A stretch of DNA of 64,000 nt, from assembly GCA_963716585.1 (NCBI GenBank), contig CAVQTN010000004.1, positions 771,255-835,254 on the forward strand. The letters run 5' to 3'. Numbering within the stretch: the first letter of the stretch is position 1; every line of letters starts with the position of its first letter. The notes below the pieces were generated by a model, which was not told the DNA's origin, made no database searches, and saw only the letters and a list, made by a program, of their open reading frames with translations. Positions 51,190 to 61,598 of this stretch are shown here, one piece after another. The stretch is from an uncultured Chloroflexia bacterium. Its GTDB lineage: Bacteria > Chloroflexota > Limnocylindria > QHBO01. The position numbers and the translations under genes are program-made.

Positions 51190-51996
51190 TCAGCCGGCCT
51201 GCACGTCCCGCCGGCCGAAGGCCCACGTGCCGATGCCGATGAGCACCAGCGTCGGCACGCCAAGCGCCAGGTAGCGCCACGCTTCGGTGGCGGTCTTGAG
51301 CGGATCTCCGCCAAGCGCCCAGTCCCAGGGCGATACGTGCCGCCAGGGCGCCAGCACGTCGCTGATGGGGAACAGGGCGATGGCCACGTATCCCGCCACG
51401 GCCAGGCCCATGCCCACGCCCAGCACCACCCCCGGACGTCCGGTCCAGCCCGCGACCAGCGCCGCCACGCCGGCATGCAGGACGCCGAGCAGGACGCACA
51501 GCACGACCGTCGCCACGATGCGATCCGGGGCGATATCCAGGCCGAAGACCGCATCCGACACCAGCTGTCCGGCCAGGATCAGCAGCCCGATGACCAGCAG
51601 CCAGACCACGACCCCGGCGACACGGCCCAGGAAGACGGCGGCGCGCGTCACCGGCTGGGCGAGATACGCCTCCATCCGCCCGGAGTCTTCGTCCGAGGCG
51701 GTCTGCCCGTTCATCAGCAGCACCGCGGCCACGGCAAGCATCAGCGGAGCAAGCACCGCGTAGAGGTTGCCGCGCAGGAAACCGGCGGGAGTGCCGAAGT
51801 CGGCGAGCCCGAAGGCGTCCACCAGCGGCTGCGGCATGCCCGCGATGAGGTCCGCCAGGCCAGGCTCGTCGCGGAACGATGGCCAGAAGGCCACGGTCAG
51901 GACGACCAGCGCGGCCAGGCTGAAGCCCCAGACCAGGCTCGCCCGTCGCGCCGCCCGAAGCGAGACGGCCAGCAGCTCCCAGGCACGAGCGGTCAT
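51190..51996 (-). CDS. ABC-2 type transporter permease
   Basis: 6 TM helices. ATGA overlap with the upstream ATPase gene. Confidence 0.6.
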   Translation of the reverse strand: MTARAWELLAVSLRAARRASLVWGFSLAALVVLTVAFWPSFRDEPGLADLIAGMPQPLVDAFGLADFGTPAGFLRGNLYAVLAPLMLAVAAVLLMNGQTASDEDSGRMEAYLAQPVTRAAVFLGRVAGVVVWLLVIGLLILAGQLVSDAVFGLDIAPDRIVATVVLCVLLGVLHAGVAALVAGWTGRPGVVLGVGMGLAVAGYVAIALFPISDVLAPWRHVSPWDWALGGDPLKTATEAWRYLALGVPTLVLIGIGTWAFGRRDVQAG

Positions 51997-52925
51997 TGGC
52001 CAGCCTTCTCGTCCGCGGCGCCCGGCTCCTCGTCGGCGTCCTCGTAGAGGCCCAGGAAGGCTTCCTCGAGATCGGGCTCCTGGATCAGGATCGAGCTGAT
52101 CGGCTGTCCCGCCAGCGCATCGATGAGCGGGCGTGCCGAGCCGGTCAGCACCGCGCTGAAGCGCCGTCCGTCTATTTCGGGCTCGCCGATGCCGGCCAGC
52201 TCGGTCAGCCGCGGAGGCGCATCGGTCTCGAACCAGACCTCGACACGCTGCCGCGCCAGCCCGCGAACCTCGTTGACGGTGCCCTGCGCCACGATCCTGC
52301 CGGCACGCAGCACGGCCAGCCGATCCGCAACGCTCTGCACCTCCGACAGGATGTGCGACGAGAGGAAGACCGTCGCGCCGGCACTGCGGCGCTCGCGCAC
52401 GAGCTGCAGGAATTCGTGCTGCATCAGCGGATCGAGGCCGCCGGTGGGCTCGTCCAGGATGAGCAGGTCCGCATCGGACAGGAAGGCGCTCAGCACCGAG
52501 ACCTTGCGCCGGTTGCCACTCGACAGGTGCCGGATGTTGCGGTCCAGCTCCAGCTTGAAGCGCTCGCCCAGCTCCTCCAGCCTGCCGCGCTCGAACCGGC
52601 TGCGCAGGCGCCCGATGGAGTTGAGAAACTGGCGCGCGGTGAGCCGCTCCGGCAACCGGAGCTCACCGGGCACGTACGCGACCCGTTCGCGCAACTGGGC
52701 GCCGTCATGCCGTGGGTCGCGGCCGAAAACCCGGATCTCGCCGGAGGTCGGGCGAAGGAGGTCGAGGATGCAGCGGATGGTGGTCGACTTCCCGGCGCCG
52801 TTCGGACCGACGAAGCCGAAGACCTCGCCGGCGCGCACGGCAAGGTCGATGCCCCGCACCGCCTCCACCTTGCCGTAGCTCTTGGCCAGGCCCCGGATGC
52901 GCAGCGGTTCGGCGATGGTGGTCAT
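51993..52925 (-). CDS. ABC transporter ATP-binding protein
   Basis: GPNGAGKSTTI, LSSGNRRKV, LLILDEPTGGLD. Start trimmed to MTTIAEPL. Confidence 0.8.
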   Translation of the reverse strand: MTTIAEPLRIRGLAKSYGKVEAVRGIDLAVRAGEVFGFVGPNGAGKSTTIRCILDLLRPTSGEIRVFGRDPRHDGAQLRERVAYVPGELRLPERLTARQFLNSIGRLRSRFERGRLEELGERFKLELDRNIRHLSSGNRRKVSVLSAFLSDADLLILDEPTGGLDPLMQHEFLQLVRERRSAGATVFLSSHILSEVQSVADRLAVLRAGRIVAQGTVNEVRGLARQRVEVWFETDAPPRLTELAGIGEPEIDGRRFSAVLTGSARPLIDALAGQPISSILIQEPDLEEAFLGLYEDADEEPGAADEKAGQ

Positions 52926-52986
52926 CCCCCGAAGCGTAGCGCAGCTGCATTGCAACGCGAAGCCCGCGCGGAACGTCCCGTCGCCG

Positions 52987-54513
52987 ATGCGATGGACCGA
53001 TATCATCCGCTCCGCAATGGACAAACGCCGATCGGAGGAGGTCGCGCGATCCGGCTTGCCCGAGCAGGCGTCGGGCGGCGAGCTGCCAGGGCCGCCGCCA
53101 GGCCGGCTGCCGCGCGCGCCCCTGGTTTCGTCGGCCGCGTTCGCCGGCTTCCTGTCGTTCCTGCTCCCCGGCCTGGGACAGGTGCTCGCCGGTGCGCGGC
53201 GGCGGGGCGTCCTGCTGGCGCTGCCGGTGCTCGGGCTGCTGGCCATTGGCGGCGCCGTGTACCTCGTCGACCGCTCGCTGTTCATCCGTGCCGCGCTCAG
53301 CCCCGGGATCCTGCTGGGGGTGGTGGCACTCAGCCTTGGTTTGCTGGTGTATCGGTCCTGGGCGATCGTGGATGCCTACCGCCTCGGCGGCCGTCGCTGG
53401 GGCCACGGCGCGAGCACCCCGGGGCGCATTGCCTCGCTGGCCGCGGTCCTCGCCCTGCTGGCCGTCACGACCTATACGCAGGGCTGGGTCGCGTACCTGG
53501 GCTGGAGCGCCCACCAGACGCTTGCCGCGGTCTTCGCCCCCGGCGGCCCGAACGGGCTGTCGAGCGCGGATCCGATCGCCGGTTCGACAGCCACCCTGCC
53601 CTCCAGCGCGGCCGCGACGGCGCCGGCTCGCGCGACGCCGGCGCCCACTGCGACGGCCAGCCCGACGCCCGCCTGGGCGGCCGACGGCCGGCTGAATGTC
53701 CTGCTCATCGGTTCCGATGCCGGACCCGGCCGCTGGAGCATGCGGGCCGATGCGATCATCCTCGTCTCGGTCGACGTCCAGAGCGGCCGCGTGGCTGCGT
53801 TCTCGTTGCCCCGCTACACGCTCGGCGTGCCGCTGCCCGAGCCCGCCGCGTCGGCGTTCGCCTGCCGCTGCGCCAAGGACCAGTACGCCAACGCCCTGTA
53901 CGTCTACGCCAACCAGCGCCCCGACCTGTTCCCCGGCGGCAAGGACCCTGGCCTGGTGGCGCTCAGCGGCATGGCCGAGGCGCTCTTCGGGGTGCAGCTC
54001 GACGGCATGGTCGTCGCCGACCTCAACGGCTTCGTGGCGCTGGTCGATGCCATCGGCGGGATCACGGTCAACGTGCCGGAAGCCGTCTACGACGCGAGCT
54101 ACAGCGATCCCAGCGGGAGCGGGGCGGTGCGGCTCGCGTTCAGGGCCGGCACCCAGCGCATGGATGGCTGGCATGCGCTCGCCTACGCGCGCACCCGACA
54201 CCAGGACGGCGACCTGCACCGCATGCAGCGCCAGCAGCTCGTCGTGCAGGCCATCGGACGCCAGCTGCGCTGCGACCCGCTGGGGCACCTCACCGCGGTG
54301 CTCGACGTCGCGCGCGACAGCCTGTGGACGAACCTGCCGCTCGACGACCTGCCGGACATGCTGCGGATCCATGCCGGACCGGTGGAGAGCCACCTGCTGT
54401 TCGAGGTCTACAACCCGATCCTGACGCCGGCCGACTGGACGCGGGTCAGCGCCGAAGTCGCGCACGCCTTCGACGGCGCCGCGCCCAAGGTCAAGCCGGG
54501 TTCCGCCTGCTGA
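52987..54513 (+). CDS. LytR-CpsA-Psr (LCP) family cell-envelope phosphotransferase
   Basis: N-terminal TM anchor. LCP core (NVLLIGSD...RADAIILVSVD...GITVNVPEAV...HALAYARTRH). Start uncertain (52987 or 53017). Confidence 0.7.
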   Translation: MRWTDIIRSAMDKRRSEEVARSGLPEQASGGELPGPPPGRLPRAPLVSSAAFAGFLSFLLPGLGQVLAGARRRGVLLALPVLGLLAIGGAVYLVDRSLFIRAALSPGILLGVVALSLGLLVYRSWAIVDAYRLGGRRWGHGASTPGRIASLAAVLALLAVTTYTQGWVAYLGWSAHQTLAAVFAPGGPNGLSSADPIAGSTATLPSSAAATAPARATPAPTATASPTPAWAADGRLNVLLIGSDAGPGRWSMRADAIILVSVDVQSGRVAAFSLPRYTLGVPLPEPAASAFACRCAKDQYANALYVYANQRPDLFPGGKDPGLVALSGMAEALFGVQLDGMVVADLNGFVALVDAIGGITVNVPEAVYDASYSDPSGSGAVRLAFRAGTQRMDGWHALAYARTRHQDGDLHRMQRQQLVVQAIGRQLRCDPLGHLTAVLDVARDSLWTNLPLDDLPDMLRIHAGPVESHLLFEVYNPILTPADWTRVSAEVAHAFDGAAPKVKPGSAC

Positions 54514-54645
54514 GCTGGCGTCTTCGGGTGGTGGAGCCCGCCGCATCGGTTGCACGTCGGAGCGGTTGCGCGTCGGAGCGGCGGTTGCCGCCCCCTTGGC
54601 TGGGTTGCCCCCGTCGGAGCGGTTGCGCGTCGCGGCGGGGGACTC

Positions 54646-54836
54646 TGCCACCCGGTGGAGATAACCGGCACGTAGAGCCCCGCCGAAGGCGCCCAGGGGC
54701 CGTTGCCGGCCGGTTCCCGCCACCGCGTGACCGAATCCGGCAGCATCGGGCGAGATTTGACCGAATCCGGCAGCATCGGGCGAGATTCGGCCGGCTCGTT
54801 CTCGTGAACCTTCACCCCGTGGCAAGTCCGGACCAG
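54646..54836. mobile_element. MITE-like element copy Y (with internal 31-bp tandem duplication)
   Basis: Left TGCCACCCGGTGGAGA. Right GAACCTTCACCCCGTGGCAAG. Internal GTGACCGAATCCGGCAGCATCGGGCGAGATT duplicated in tandem. Confidence 0.55.
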
Positions 54837-54918
54837 GCGGCCACGGGGCTGCGCGCCATTCGCCCTTCGGCCCCGGCCCGCGCTTGACGCAGGTCCCAGG
54901 AGCGGGTCACCCTGCTGC

Positions 54919-55395
54919 ATGACCTATCTGCCCGAACACGGCGAGCTGAGCGCGGTCGCGCGGCTGCATGACCAAGTGCCGAGGCTCGAGCGCGCGACGT
55001 CATCGGTCCAGCTCGTGGCGCCCGGCTCGCTGACGGCGGAGCGCTACGGCCTCTTCCGCTGGAACATGCTGCCGCACGCCGGCGGGCCGCAGCCGCATTT
55101 CCATCGGACCTTCTCGGAGGCCTTCTACGTCCTCTGCGGCGACGGTCAGGCTGTTTGACGGCAGGCGGTGGCTCGATGCGCAGCCCGGTGACTTCGTCCA
55201 CGTGCCGGAGGGTGGCATCCACGCGTTCGACGCCGCATCGGACGAACCGGCCAGCATGCTCATCCTGTACGCGCCCGGCATCGCCCGCGAGCGCTTCTTC
55301 GCCGCGACCACCGAGATCGCCAACTCCGGCCGGCAGCTGAGCCCGGAGGAGTGGACGGCGTTCTTCGCCGAGCACGACCAGTTCATGGTCTGACC
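54919..55395 (+). pseudogene. Cupin_2 domain protein with 1-nt frameshift near 55145-55150
   Basis: FHRTFSEAFYVLCGDG ends at a stop. The second frame continues TVRLFDGRRWLDAQPGDFVHVPEGGIHAF, the canonical cupin motif-2. Confidence 0.6.
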
Positions 55396-55398
55396 GAT

Positions 55399-55641
55399 AT
55401 GCCCGCGACGAAAAAGTCTCCCCAGACCGATGCGCCGGCCGACCCCGATGCGCTCGTCCGTCAGGCAGCCGGCACGTATCGCAGCGTCGACGACCGCTTC
55501 GAGGCGCGCGACGCCGGCACCGGCTGGTACCTGGTCGATGCACAGCGCACCGATGAGCTCGGTCAGGAGCTGCTCATCGGGCCGTTTCCGACGCTGAAGG
55601 CGCTACGCGAGGAGCTGCCGAAGGCGCGCGCCGCGAAATAG
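55399..55641 (+). CDS. Hypothetical small protein
   Basis: ORF, 80 aa from MPATKKS. Confidence 0.35.
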   Translation: MPATKKSPQTDAPADPDALVRQAAGTYRSVDDRFEARDAGTGWYLVDAQRTDELGQELLIGPFPTLKALREELPKARAAK

Positions 55642-55659
55642 CCCACGTGGCTCCCGGGA

Positions 55660-55930
55660 AATAGACCACCGAGGCCGCTCCGCTCATCGTGCGCCTCAAT
55701 CGGTTGGCGGCGCCGGCGCCTGTGAGTCGTTTGAGTCGCCTGACACTCAAACGAGTGAGAGGCCGCGGCTCACCTGCTGTCCAGTCAGGAGGCGACTCAG
55801 ATCGACAGCTTTGACGGAGTGTGACCCTTCAGACACGTCGGTTTTAGTCACCTGGCGACTCAAGCGCATGCCAATCGGAGCCAGACCCTCGTTTCAGTCA
55901 CCTTGCGACTCAACCGCGTCGGCGCCAGCA
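55660..55930. repeat. Dispersed repeat family copy (GGCGACTCAA / TGAGTCA motif cluster)
   Basis: GTTTGAGTCGCCTGACACTCAAAC, GGCGACTCAGATCGACAG, GTCACCTGGCGACTCAAGCGCATGC, GTCACCTTGCGACTCAACCGCG. Confidence 0.6.
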
Positions 55931-56021
55931 GTCCTCTGGCCGAAAGCCCGCGGTGGACTGCCCCACGTCCGGGCCGCACAATCAAGTTTGTCCGACCACA
56001 CCCGAGATCCGAGGAGTCGCC

Positions 56022-56778
56022 CATGACGCTGTACAGCTCCGAATCGAACGCTCCGACGATGAAAGGCTCGACCGAGCCTGGCGCGCCCGGACCCGTCACT
56101 TCGCTGAACGACCCCCGCGCGCTCCAGATCCTGAGCACCGAGCACTGGAGCCTGCTCACCGCCCGCTCGCTGGCATACAACGAGGCGTTCACGCGCGGCA
56201 GCATGTTCCTGACGTTCCTGTCCATGTCCTTCGTGGCGCTGGCGCTCGCATCGCAGGCGATGTCCTTCGGCCGCGACTTCCTGGTCATCGCGGCGGTCCT
56301 GCTGGGGTTCGACCTGATCATCGGCCTGACGACGTACGGGAGGATCATCGGCGCGAACGCGGATGACATGCGGGCGGTGCAGGGCATGGGCCGCATCCGG
56401 CACGGCTACACCCAGATCGCGCCCATCGTGGCGCCCTACTTCATCCACGGCACGCACGACGATCCGGCGTCGGCCATGCTCAGCTACGGCAACGCGCCGA
56501 GTGGTGGATGGGCGGGTCTGCTCTATGGGCTGACCACGTCGGGCGGCATGATCGGGCTCATCACCTCACTGGTGGGTGGTGTCCTGGCCGGGGTACTGGC
56601 GATCGCCTTCGCGGCGTCGACGGCGGTCGCGCTTGGCATGGGGCTGGTCGGCGCAGTGGCCGTCTTCAGCGTGATCAACGTCACCACTTCCGGCATCCTG
56701 GCTCGACGTCAGGCAGCGCTGGAGGTGCTGTTTCCCACTCCTGCTCCGGACGCTCCGACCGGGGATGATGCTGTATAG
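56022..56778 (+). CDS. Hypothetical integral membrane protein
   Basis: GAGGAG RBS. About 6 TM helices. Confidence 0.5.
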
Positions 56779-56788
56779 TGCGCTGTAT

Positions 56789-57025
56789 ATGCCGAGCACT
56801 CGCACCCAGATCTACCTGACCCAGGAGCAGCGCCGTCAGCTGGATGCGCGCGGTCGCCGGACGGGCGCACCATTGGCACGCATGATCCGCGAAGCCGTCG
56901 ACGCCTACCTGACCGATACCACCGCCGACGCAAGGACCGCCCTGGACGAGACATTCGGCACCCTGCCCGATCTCGAGCTGCCCGTTCGCGAGGAGAGGGA
57001 TCGTGACCCGGCTCCTGCTCGATAG
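56789..57025 (+). CDS. Ribbon-helix-helix antitoxin (VapB-like)
   Basis: RTQIYLTQEQRRQLDARGRRTGAPLARMIREAVDAYL, an RHH motif. Confidence 0.65.
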   Translation: MPSTRTQIYLTQEQRRQLDARGRRTGAPLARMIREAVDAYLTDTTADARTALDETFGTLPDLELPVREERDRDPAPAR

Positions 57026-57365
57026 CGACGTCTTCGTCGACCATCTCCGCGGCCGGCGTCGCATCTCGATGGGGGCGGACGACATTCACTACTCGTCGAT
57101 CACGCGCGCCGAGCTATTCGCCGGTCGATCCAGCGAGGAACCGCGCGTGCGCCGCCTGCTCGAGCCGTTCAGCGAGCTGGCGGTCGATCGCGCCGTGGCC
57201 GAGCGCGCCGGACGCCTGCGACGGTCGGCGACCATCCGCCTCCCCGACGCGTTGATCGCGGCGACGGCGCTCGAGCACCGACTGCTGCTCGTTACGCGCA
57301 ACACGAAGAACTTCGTTGGGGTTCGCGGCCTCCGCCTCCGTCCCGTGGCCGATCAACCCGGGTGA
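57003..57365 (+). CDS. PIN-domain toxin (VapC-like)
   Basis: LLLDSDVFVDHL (Asp-4-like), ...ALIAATALEHRLLLVTRNTKNF. GTG start overlapping the antitoxin. Confidence 0.65.
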   Translation: MTRLLLDSDVFVDHLRGRRRISMGADDIHYSSITRAELFAGRSSEEPRVRRLLEPFSELAVDRAVAERAGRLRRSATIRLPDALIAATALEHRLLLVTRNTKNFVGVRGLRLRPVADQPG

Positions 57366-59314
57366 TGGATCCCGACGCCATCCTCGAGGACCTCAATGAG
57401 GAGCAGCGCCAGGCGGCGATGGTGACCAGCGGCCCGGTCGCCATCCTGGCCGGCGCCGGCACCGGCAAGACGCGGGTGATCAGCCATCGCGTGGCGTACG
57501 CGGTCGCGACCGGCGCGGTCGATCCCAGGCGCGTCCTGGTCGTGACCTTCACCGAGAAGGCCGCGACCGAGATGAAGCATCGGCTGCGCCGGCTGGGCCT
57601 GCCGGACGTGGCCGCGTCGACGTTTCACTCGGCGGCCAAGCGGCAGCTCGAGTTCTACTGGCCGCGCCTCCATGACCGGCCGCTGCCCAACGTGCTCGAC
57701 TCGAAGCTGGGCATCGTCATCCCGCTCGCCCGCGGGCTGCCCGGCGGCTACAAGTTCACCCCGGCCAAGGACCTGGCCGATGAGATCGAATGGGCCAAGG
57801 CCCGTCGCATCGGTCCCGGAGACTACGCGGAGGAAGCCGCCATCGCCAATCGCGAGTCACCTGTGCCGGCCGACATCTTCGCAACCGTCTACCGCCGCTA
57901 CGAGCAGGCCAAGCAGCGCAGCGGGGTCATCGACTTCGAGGACATGCTTGGGCTGGCCATCGAGCTGTACGAGACCGATGCCCAGGCAGCGGACCTCGTC
58001 CGCCAGCGCTACGCCTGGTTCTCGGTCGACGAATACCAGGACACCAACCGACTCCAGGAAGACCTGCTGCGGCTGTGGCTCGGCGACCGGCGCGACCTGT
58101 GCGTCGTCGGCGACCCGAACCAGACGATCTACAGCTTCACCGGCGCGACCGCCGACTACCTGACCGGCTTCGGAGACCGATACGCCGGCTGCCGCGTCGT
58201 CAACCTGACGCAGAACTACCGCAGCACGCCGCAGATCCTCATCCTGGCCAACCGGCTGGTGGCGAGCTCGAGCGAGCTGCGGGCAACCGTCGACCAGGGA
58301 CCGACGCCGACCTTGACGGCCTATACCGATGCGGCCGCGGAGGAGTCGGCGATCCTAGCCGCCATCCGCGGACATGCGACCGACGGCGTGCCGCTGACCG
58401 AGATGGCGATCCTGGTTCGCACCAACGCGCAGCTCGTGCCGTTCGAGTCGGCGCTGACCCGCGCCGGGATCCCGTTCACGGTCCGCGGCCAGCGCTTCTT
58501 CGCACGGACCGAGGTGCGAGCCGCGCGCCAGGCGCTGACCAGCGGCCGGCTGAGCGGCCCGCTCACCGAGGTGCTGGCCGCCCGCTGGCGGACCGTCCTG
58601 GGCTTCGACGAGACGCAGCCGTCCGGCCCGGGCGCGGAGGCGCGCGACCGGCATGCCTCGCTGCTGACGCTGCTCGGGATCGCCCGGGAGCTCGTCGAGC
58701 GCGAGCCACAGGCGACGGTGAGCGACTACCTGGCGGAGCTCGATCGCCGCGATGCCGACGAGGCCGCAGCGGCCGGCTCGGGGGTCGTGCTGTCGACCTA
58801 CCACCGCGCCAAGGGCCTCGAGTGGGACGCCGTCTTCCTGCCCATGCTCGAGGAGGGCACGCTGCCCATTCGCCAGTCGGTCAAGGACGATGTCGCGATC
58901 GCCGAGGAGCGGCGGCTGCTGTACGTCGGCATCACGCGGGCGCGCCGGCACCTGGCCATCTCCTGGGCCGGGCAGCGGCCCAATCCGAAGGGCGGCGTGG
59001 CGCGCGCGAAGCCGTCGCGCTTCGTCGCCGAGCTGCGTCCGGGGAGGCTGCTGCGCTCGCCGGTCGCGACGGAGGCGCCGTTGAGCGGCGCATCGGCCGA
59101 CCTGTTCGAGGCGCTGCGGACCTGGCGGCTCGAGCGGGCGCGGACCGACGGCGTGCCCGCCTACGTCGTCGCCGACAACAAGACGCTCGGCGCGGTGGCC
59201 ACGCGTCGGCCGGCGAACGACGCGGAGCTGCTGGCGGTCCCGGGCATGGGGCCGCATCGAGTCGCGACCTACGGTGACGAGATGCTGCGGATCGTGACAA
59301 CGCATCGGGCGTAG
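57365..59314 (+). CDS. UvrD/PcrA-family ATP-dependent DNA helicase with C-terminal HRDC domain (UvrD2-like)
   Basis: Walker A AGAGTGKT, helicase motifs (TFHSAA, VDEYQDTN, NYRST...). C-terminal HRDC (LFEALRTWRLERARTDGVPAYVVADNKTLGAVATRRP). No Cys tetrad. TGATG overlap with vapC. Confidence 0.8.
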   Translation: MDPDAILEDLNEEQRQAAMVTSGPVAILAGAGTGKTRVISHRVAYAVATGAVDPRRVLVVTFTEKAATEMKHRLRRLGLPDVAASTFHSAAKRQLEFYWPRLHDRPLPNVLDSKLGIVIPLARGLPGGYKFTPAKDLADEIEWAKARRIGPGDYAEEAAIANRESPVPADIFATVYRRYEQAKQRSGVIDFEDMLGLAIELYETDAQAADLVRQRYAWFSVDEYQDTNRLQEDLLRLWLGDRRDLCVVGDPNQTIYSFTGATADYLTGFGDRYAGCRVVNLTQNYRSTPQILILANRLVASSSELRATVDQGPTPTLTAYTDAAAEESAILAAIRGHATDGVPLTEMAILVRTNAQLVPFESALTRAGIPFTVRGQRFFARTEVRAARQALTSGRLSGPLTEVLAARWRTVLGFDETQPSGPGAEARDRHASLLTLLGIARELVEREPQATVSDYLAELDRRDADEAAAAGSGVVLSTYHRAKGLEWDAVFLPMLEEGTLPIRQSVKDDVAIAEERRLLYVGITRARRHLAISWAGQRPNPKGGVARAKPSRFVAELRPGRLLRSPVATEAPLSGASADLFEALRTWRLERARTDGVPAYVVADNKTLGAVATRRPANDAELLAVPGMGPHRVATYGDEMLRIVTTHRA

Positions 59315-59340
59315 CCGGCGCGAACGCACGCGCTAGTCGC

Positions 59341-59760
59341 TCTCCCGCGGCGGTGGACCTGCGGCTGTCTCTTCCGCCACTCAGTCGCCCAGGACTCGAA
59401 CGCCAGTGAAAGGGTGGCTCTCATGCATTTGGTTCGCGTGGTGACTCACACCGCCCCGTTGGACGCCCAAACCCCGTCAATTCCGTCGGGTTGAGTCACC
59501 TGGCGCATCGATCGCAGCTGAGCGCCGCCGTCCCATGCATTTGAGTCGTCTGACGCTTGGCGGCAGCCCAGACCTGACCTCATCCGGGAGCCGGCACGCT
59601 CGTGCAGTCGACCCAAACGACGGGGCGCCATGCACCGCCTTCGACGGTGACCTCGACGGCCGCGAACCGCAGATTGTCGACCGATGCGCCAGGCGGCAGA
59701 CACTCGCGTTGATCGCCGTCGTGCTTGGAACCGTCGCGGGAGAGCGACTAGCGCAAGCCG
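59341..59760. repeat. Dispersed repeat family, copy 1 (about 400 bp)
   Basis: About 90% identical to 60740-61150. Contains CATGCATTTGGTTCGCGTGGTGACTCAC, TTGAGTCACCTGGCGCATCGATCGCAGCTGAGCGCC, CATGCATTTGAGTCGTCTGACGC. Confidence 0.8.
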
Positions 59761-60537
59761 CTAGGCGGTCTTGAGCAGGCCGAAGATGCCACCCTGCGGG
59801 TCGCTGACGATGGCGAATCGGCCGCCCGGAAAATCGTCGGGCGCAAGCATCTCGTGGGCGCCGGCGTCCAGGGCGCGCTGGTACGCCGCGTCGACATCGG
59901 CCACGCCGAAATAGACCATCCAAAAGCTCGGCATCTCGGCCGGCGCCATGGGGTTCATCTCCATCGCCCCGGCGACGCTCTCGCCATCCAGCTGCAACTC
60001 GATGTAGGGCGGCTGGCCCTCAGCCATCGGGCTCGTCTTGGTCGTCCAGCCGAAGACGGTGCTGTAGAAGGCGGTCGCCTTGTCCACGCCACGGGCGTCC
60101 AGCTCGGCCCATCCGAAGGTGCCCTCGGCGCCGTCACCGAAGCCGCGCATCGCCGATCGCTGCCAGGCCGAGATGAAGGCGCCCGACGGGTCCTGGAAGA
60201 CGGCCATGCGTCCCTGGTCACCCACGTCGAAGGCGGGCGCGACCACGGTGCCCCCGGCCGCCTGCACCCTGTCGCCCAGGGCTGCGGCGTCATCGGTCCC
60301 GATGTAGAGGTTCCAGGCGGTCGGCGCGCCGGGTGACTGGGTCCCGCCGATGCCAGCCACGTCCTCCCCGCCGTCCAGCTTGGCGAGCGCATAGCCGCCG
60401 TACTGCGGGTCCGGATTGACCTCGACCTGCCAGCCGAAGAGCTTCGCGTAGAAGTCGCGCGATCCTGCCGGATCGGTGCTTGAAAGGTCGACCCATGCGG
60501 GCCTGTTCAGTCGCGTGCGCGTTGCCTGTGCCATCAA
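59761..60537 (-). CDS. Two-domain glyoxalase / VOC family protein
   Basis: Tandem VOC modules (VDLSSTDPAGSRDFYAKLFGWQV..., AELDARGVDKATAFYSTVFGWT...). Confidence 0.7.
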   Translation of the reverse strand: MMAQATRTRLNRPAWVDLSSTDPAGSRDFYAKLFGWQVEVNPDPQYGGYALAKLDGGEDVAGIGGTQSPGAPTAWNLYIGTDDAAALGDRVQAAGGTVVAPAFDVGDQGRMAVFQDPSGAFISAWQRSAMRGFGDGAEGTFGWAELDARGVDKATAFYSTVFGWTTKTSPMAEGQPPYIELQLDGESVAGAMEMNPMAPAEMPSFWMVYFGVADVDAAYQRALDAGAHEMLAPDDFPGGRFAIVSDPQGGIFGLLKTA

Positions 60538-60739
60538 CGTCTCCTCTACCGGGGTGCTTGCGCCCGATGCGGGGCGACACCGGGCTCAGGGGAAGCCTTC
60601 ATTCTGCGCCTGTCGGCGGGGGATCGCCAGCCGCGGAGGTGGGTGTCTCGGGCCCGCCAGGCTTCGCGATGAGCGGAGCCGCAGGCGATCTCCGGGGTCG
60701 CCGGCCTCCGCACGAATCTTCGGCCTGGATCTCCATCGT

Positions 60740-61150
60740 CGACCTGCTGCTGCGTTCCCTCCGCCACCCAGTCGCCCAGTCGCCCAGGACTCAAAACGCC
60801 GGTCAAAGGGCGGCTCTCATGCGTTTGGTTCGCGTGGTGACTCACACCGCCCCGTTTGACGCCCAAACCCCGTCAATTCCGTCGGGTTGAGTCACCTGGC
60901 GCATCGATCGCAGCTGAGCGCCGCCGTCCCATGCATTTGAGTCGTCTGACGCTTGGCGGCAGCCCAGACCTGACCTCATCCGGGAGCCGGCACGCTCGTG
61001 CAGTCGACCCAAACGACGGGGCGCCAGTGCACCGCCTTCGACGGTGACCTCGACGGCCGCGAACCGCAGATTGTCGACCGATGCGCCAGGCGGCAGACAC
61101 TCGCGTTGATCGCCGTCGCGCTTGGAACCGTCGCGGGAGAGCCAATCAAT
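60740..61150. repeat. Dispersed repeat family, copy 2 (about 400 bp)
   Basis: Direct repeat of copy 1. The two copies bracket the VOC gene. Confidence 0.8.
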
Positions 61151-61324
61151 GTCGGCAGCGAAGCCGTATGTCCAATCGTCCGTGGTGCTGGAGCCGCTGC
61201 CGTCGCCGGCAACATAGGTTTGGCCGGTATGGATACTGGCTCCGCTGCGCCACGCTCCGATCAGATAGCCGGCGACCAGGGCGACGCCAACCAGGACGAA
61301 GGTCAACCCTGAGAGGCGTGACAT
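60842..61324 (-). CDS. Possible small secreted protein whose 3' two-thirds lies inside repeat copy 2 (doubtful)
   Basis: Unique N-terminal signal-peptide-like part (MSRLSGLTFVLVGVALVAG...). The reading frame continues through the repeat, and the same frame is open in copy 1. Confidence 0.2.
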   Translation of the reverse strand: MSRLSGLTFVLVGVALVAGYLIGAWRSGASIHTGQTYVAGDGSGSSTTDDWTYGFAADIDWLSRDGSKRDGDQRECLPPGASVDNLRFAAVEVTVEGGALAPRRLGRLHERAGSRMRSGLGCRQASDDSNAWDGGAQLRSMRQVTQPDGIDGVWASNGAV

Positions 61325-61598
61325 GCAGAACTTTCTTCAAGGACGGTCGAGCAGATCCCGGGTTGGCACACTCTACGAGCCCAACGCGGCCGATGAGTCG
61401 GCTGGGGATTGAAACCAGGGCGACTAGCGCGCTCACCTTCCTGTGAATGAAATCGAAGAATGTCGCTATGCGCGGGCAGGGCTGCGGGCCGCTCATCCCC
61501 AAAGTCAAGCGGCGTCTGGTGAGGTTCGCCGGCTCTTGACACGGCCGCGTTCGAGGCAAACGATGGCCCTAGTTCGGTTCCGCGATTGGGAGTAGGTC

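Noticed and set aside
59446-59774. Small ORFs inside dispersed-repeat copies (59446-59703, 59535-59774, 60856-61047, 60873-61145)
   Set aside because: Identical frames recur in each repeat copy and are Arg-rich or low-complexity. More likely non-coding repeat sequence than genes. Only the unique N-terminal part of 60842-61324 was retained, at low confidence.
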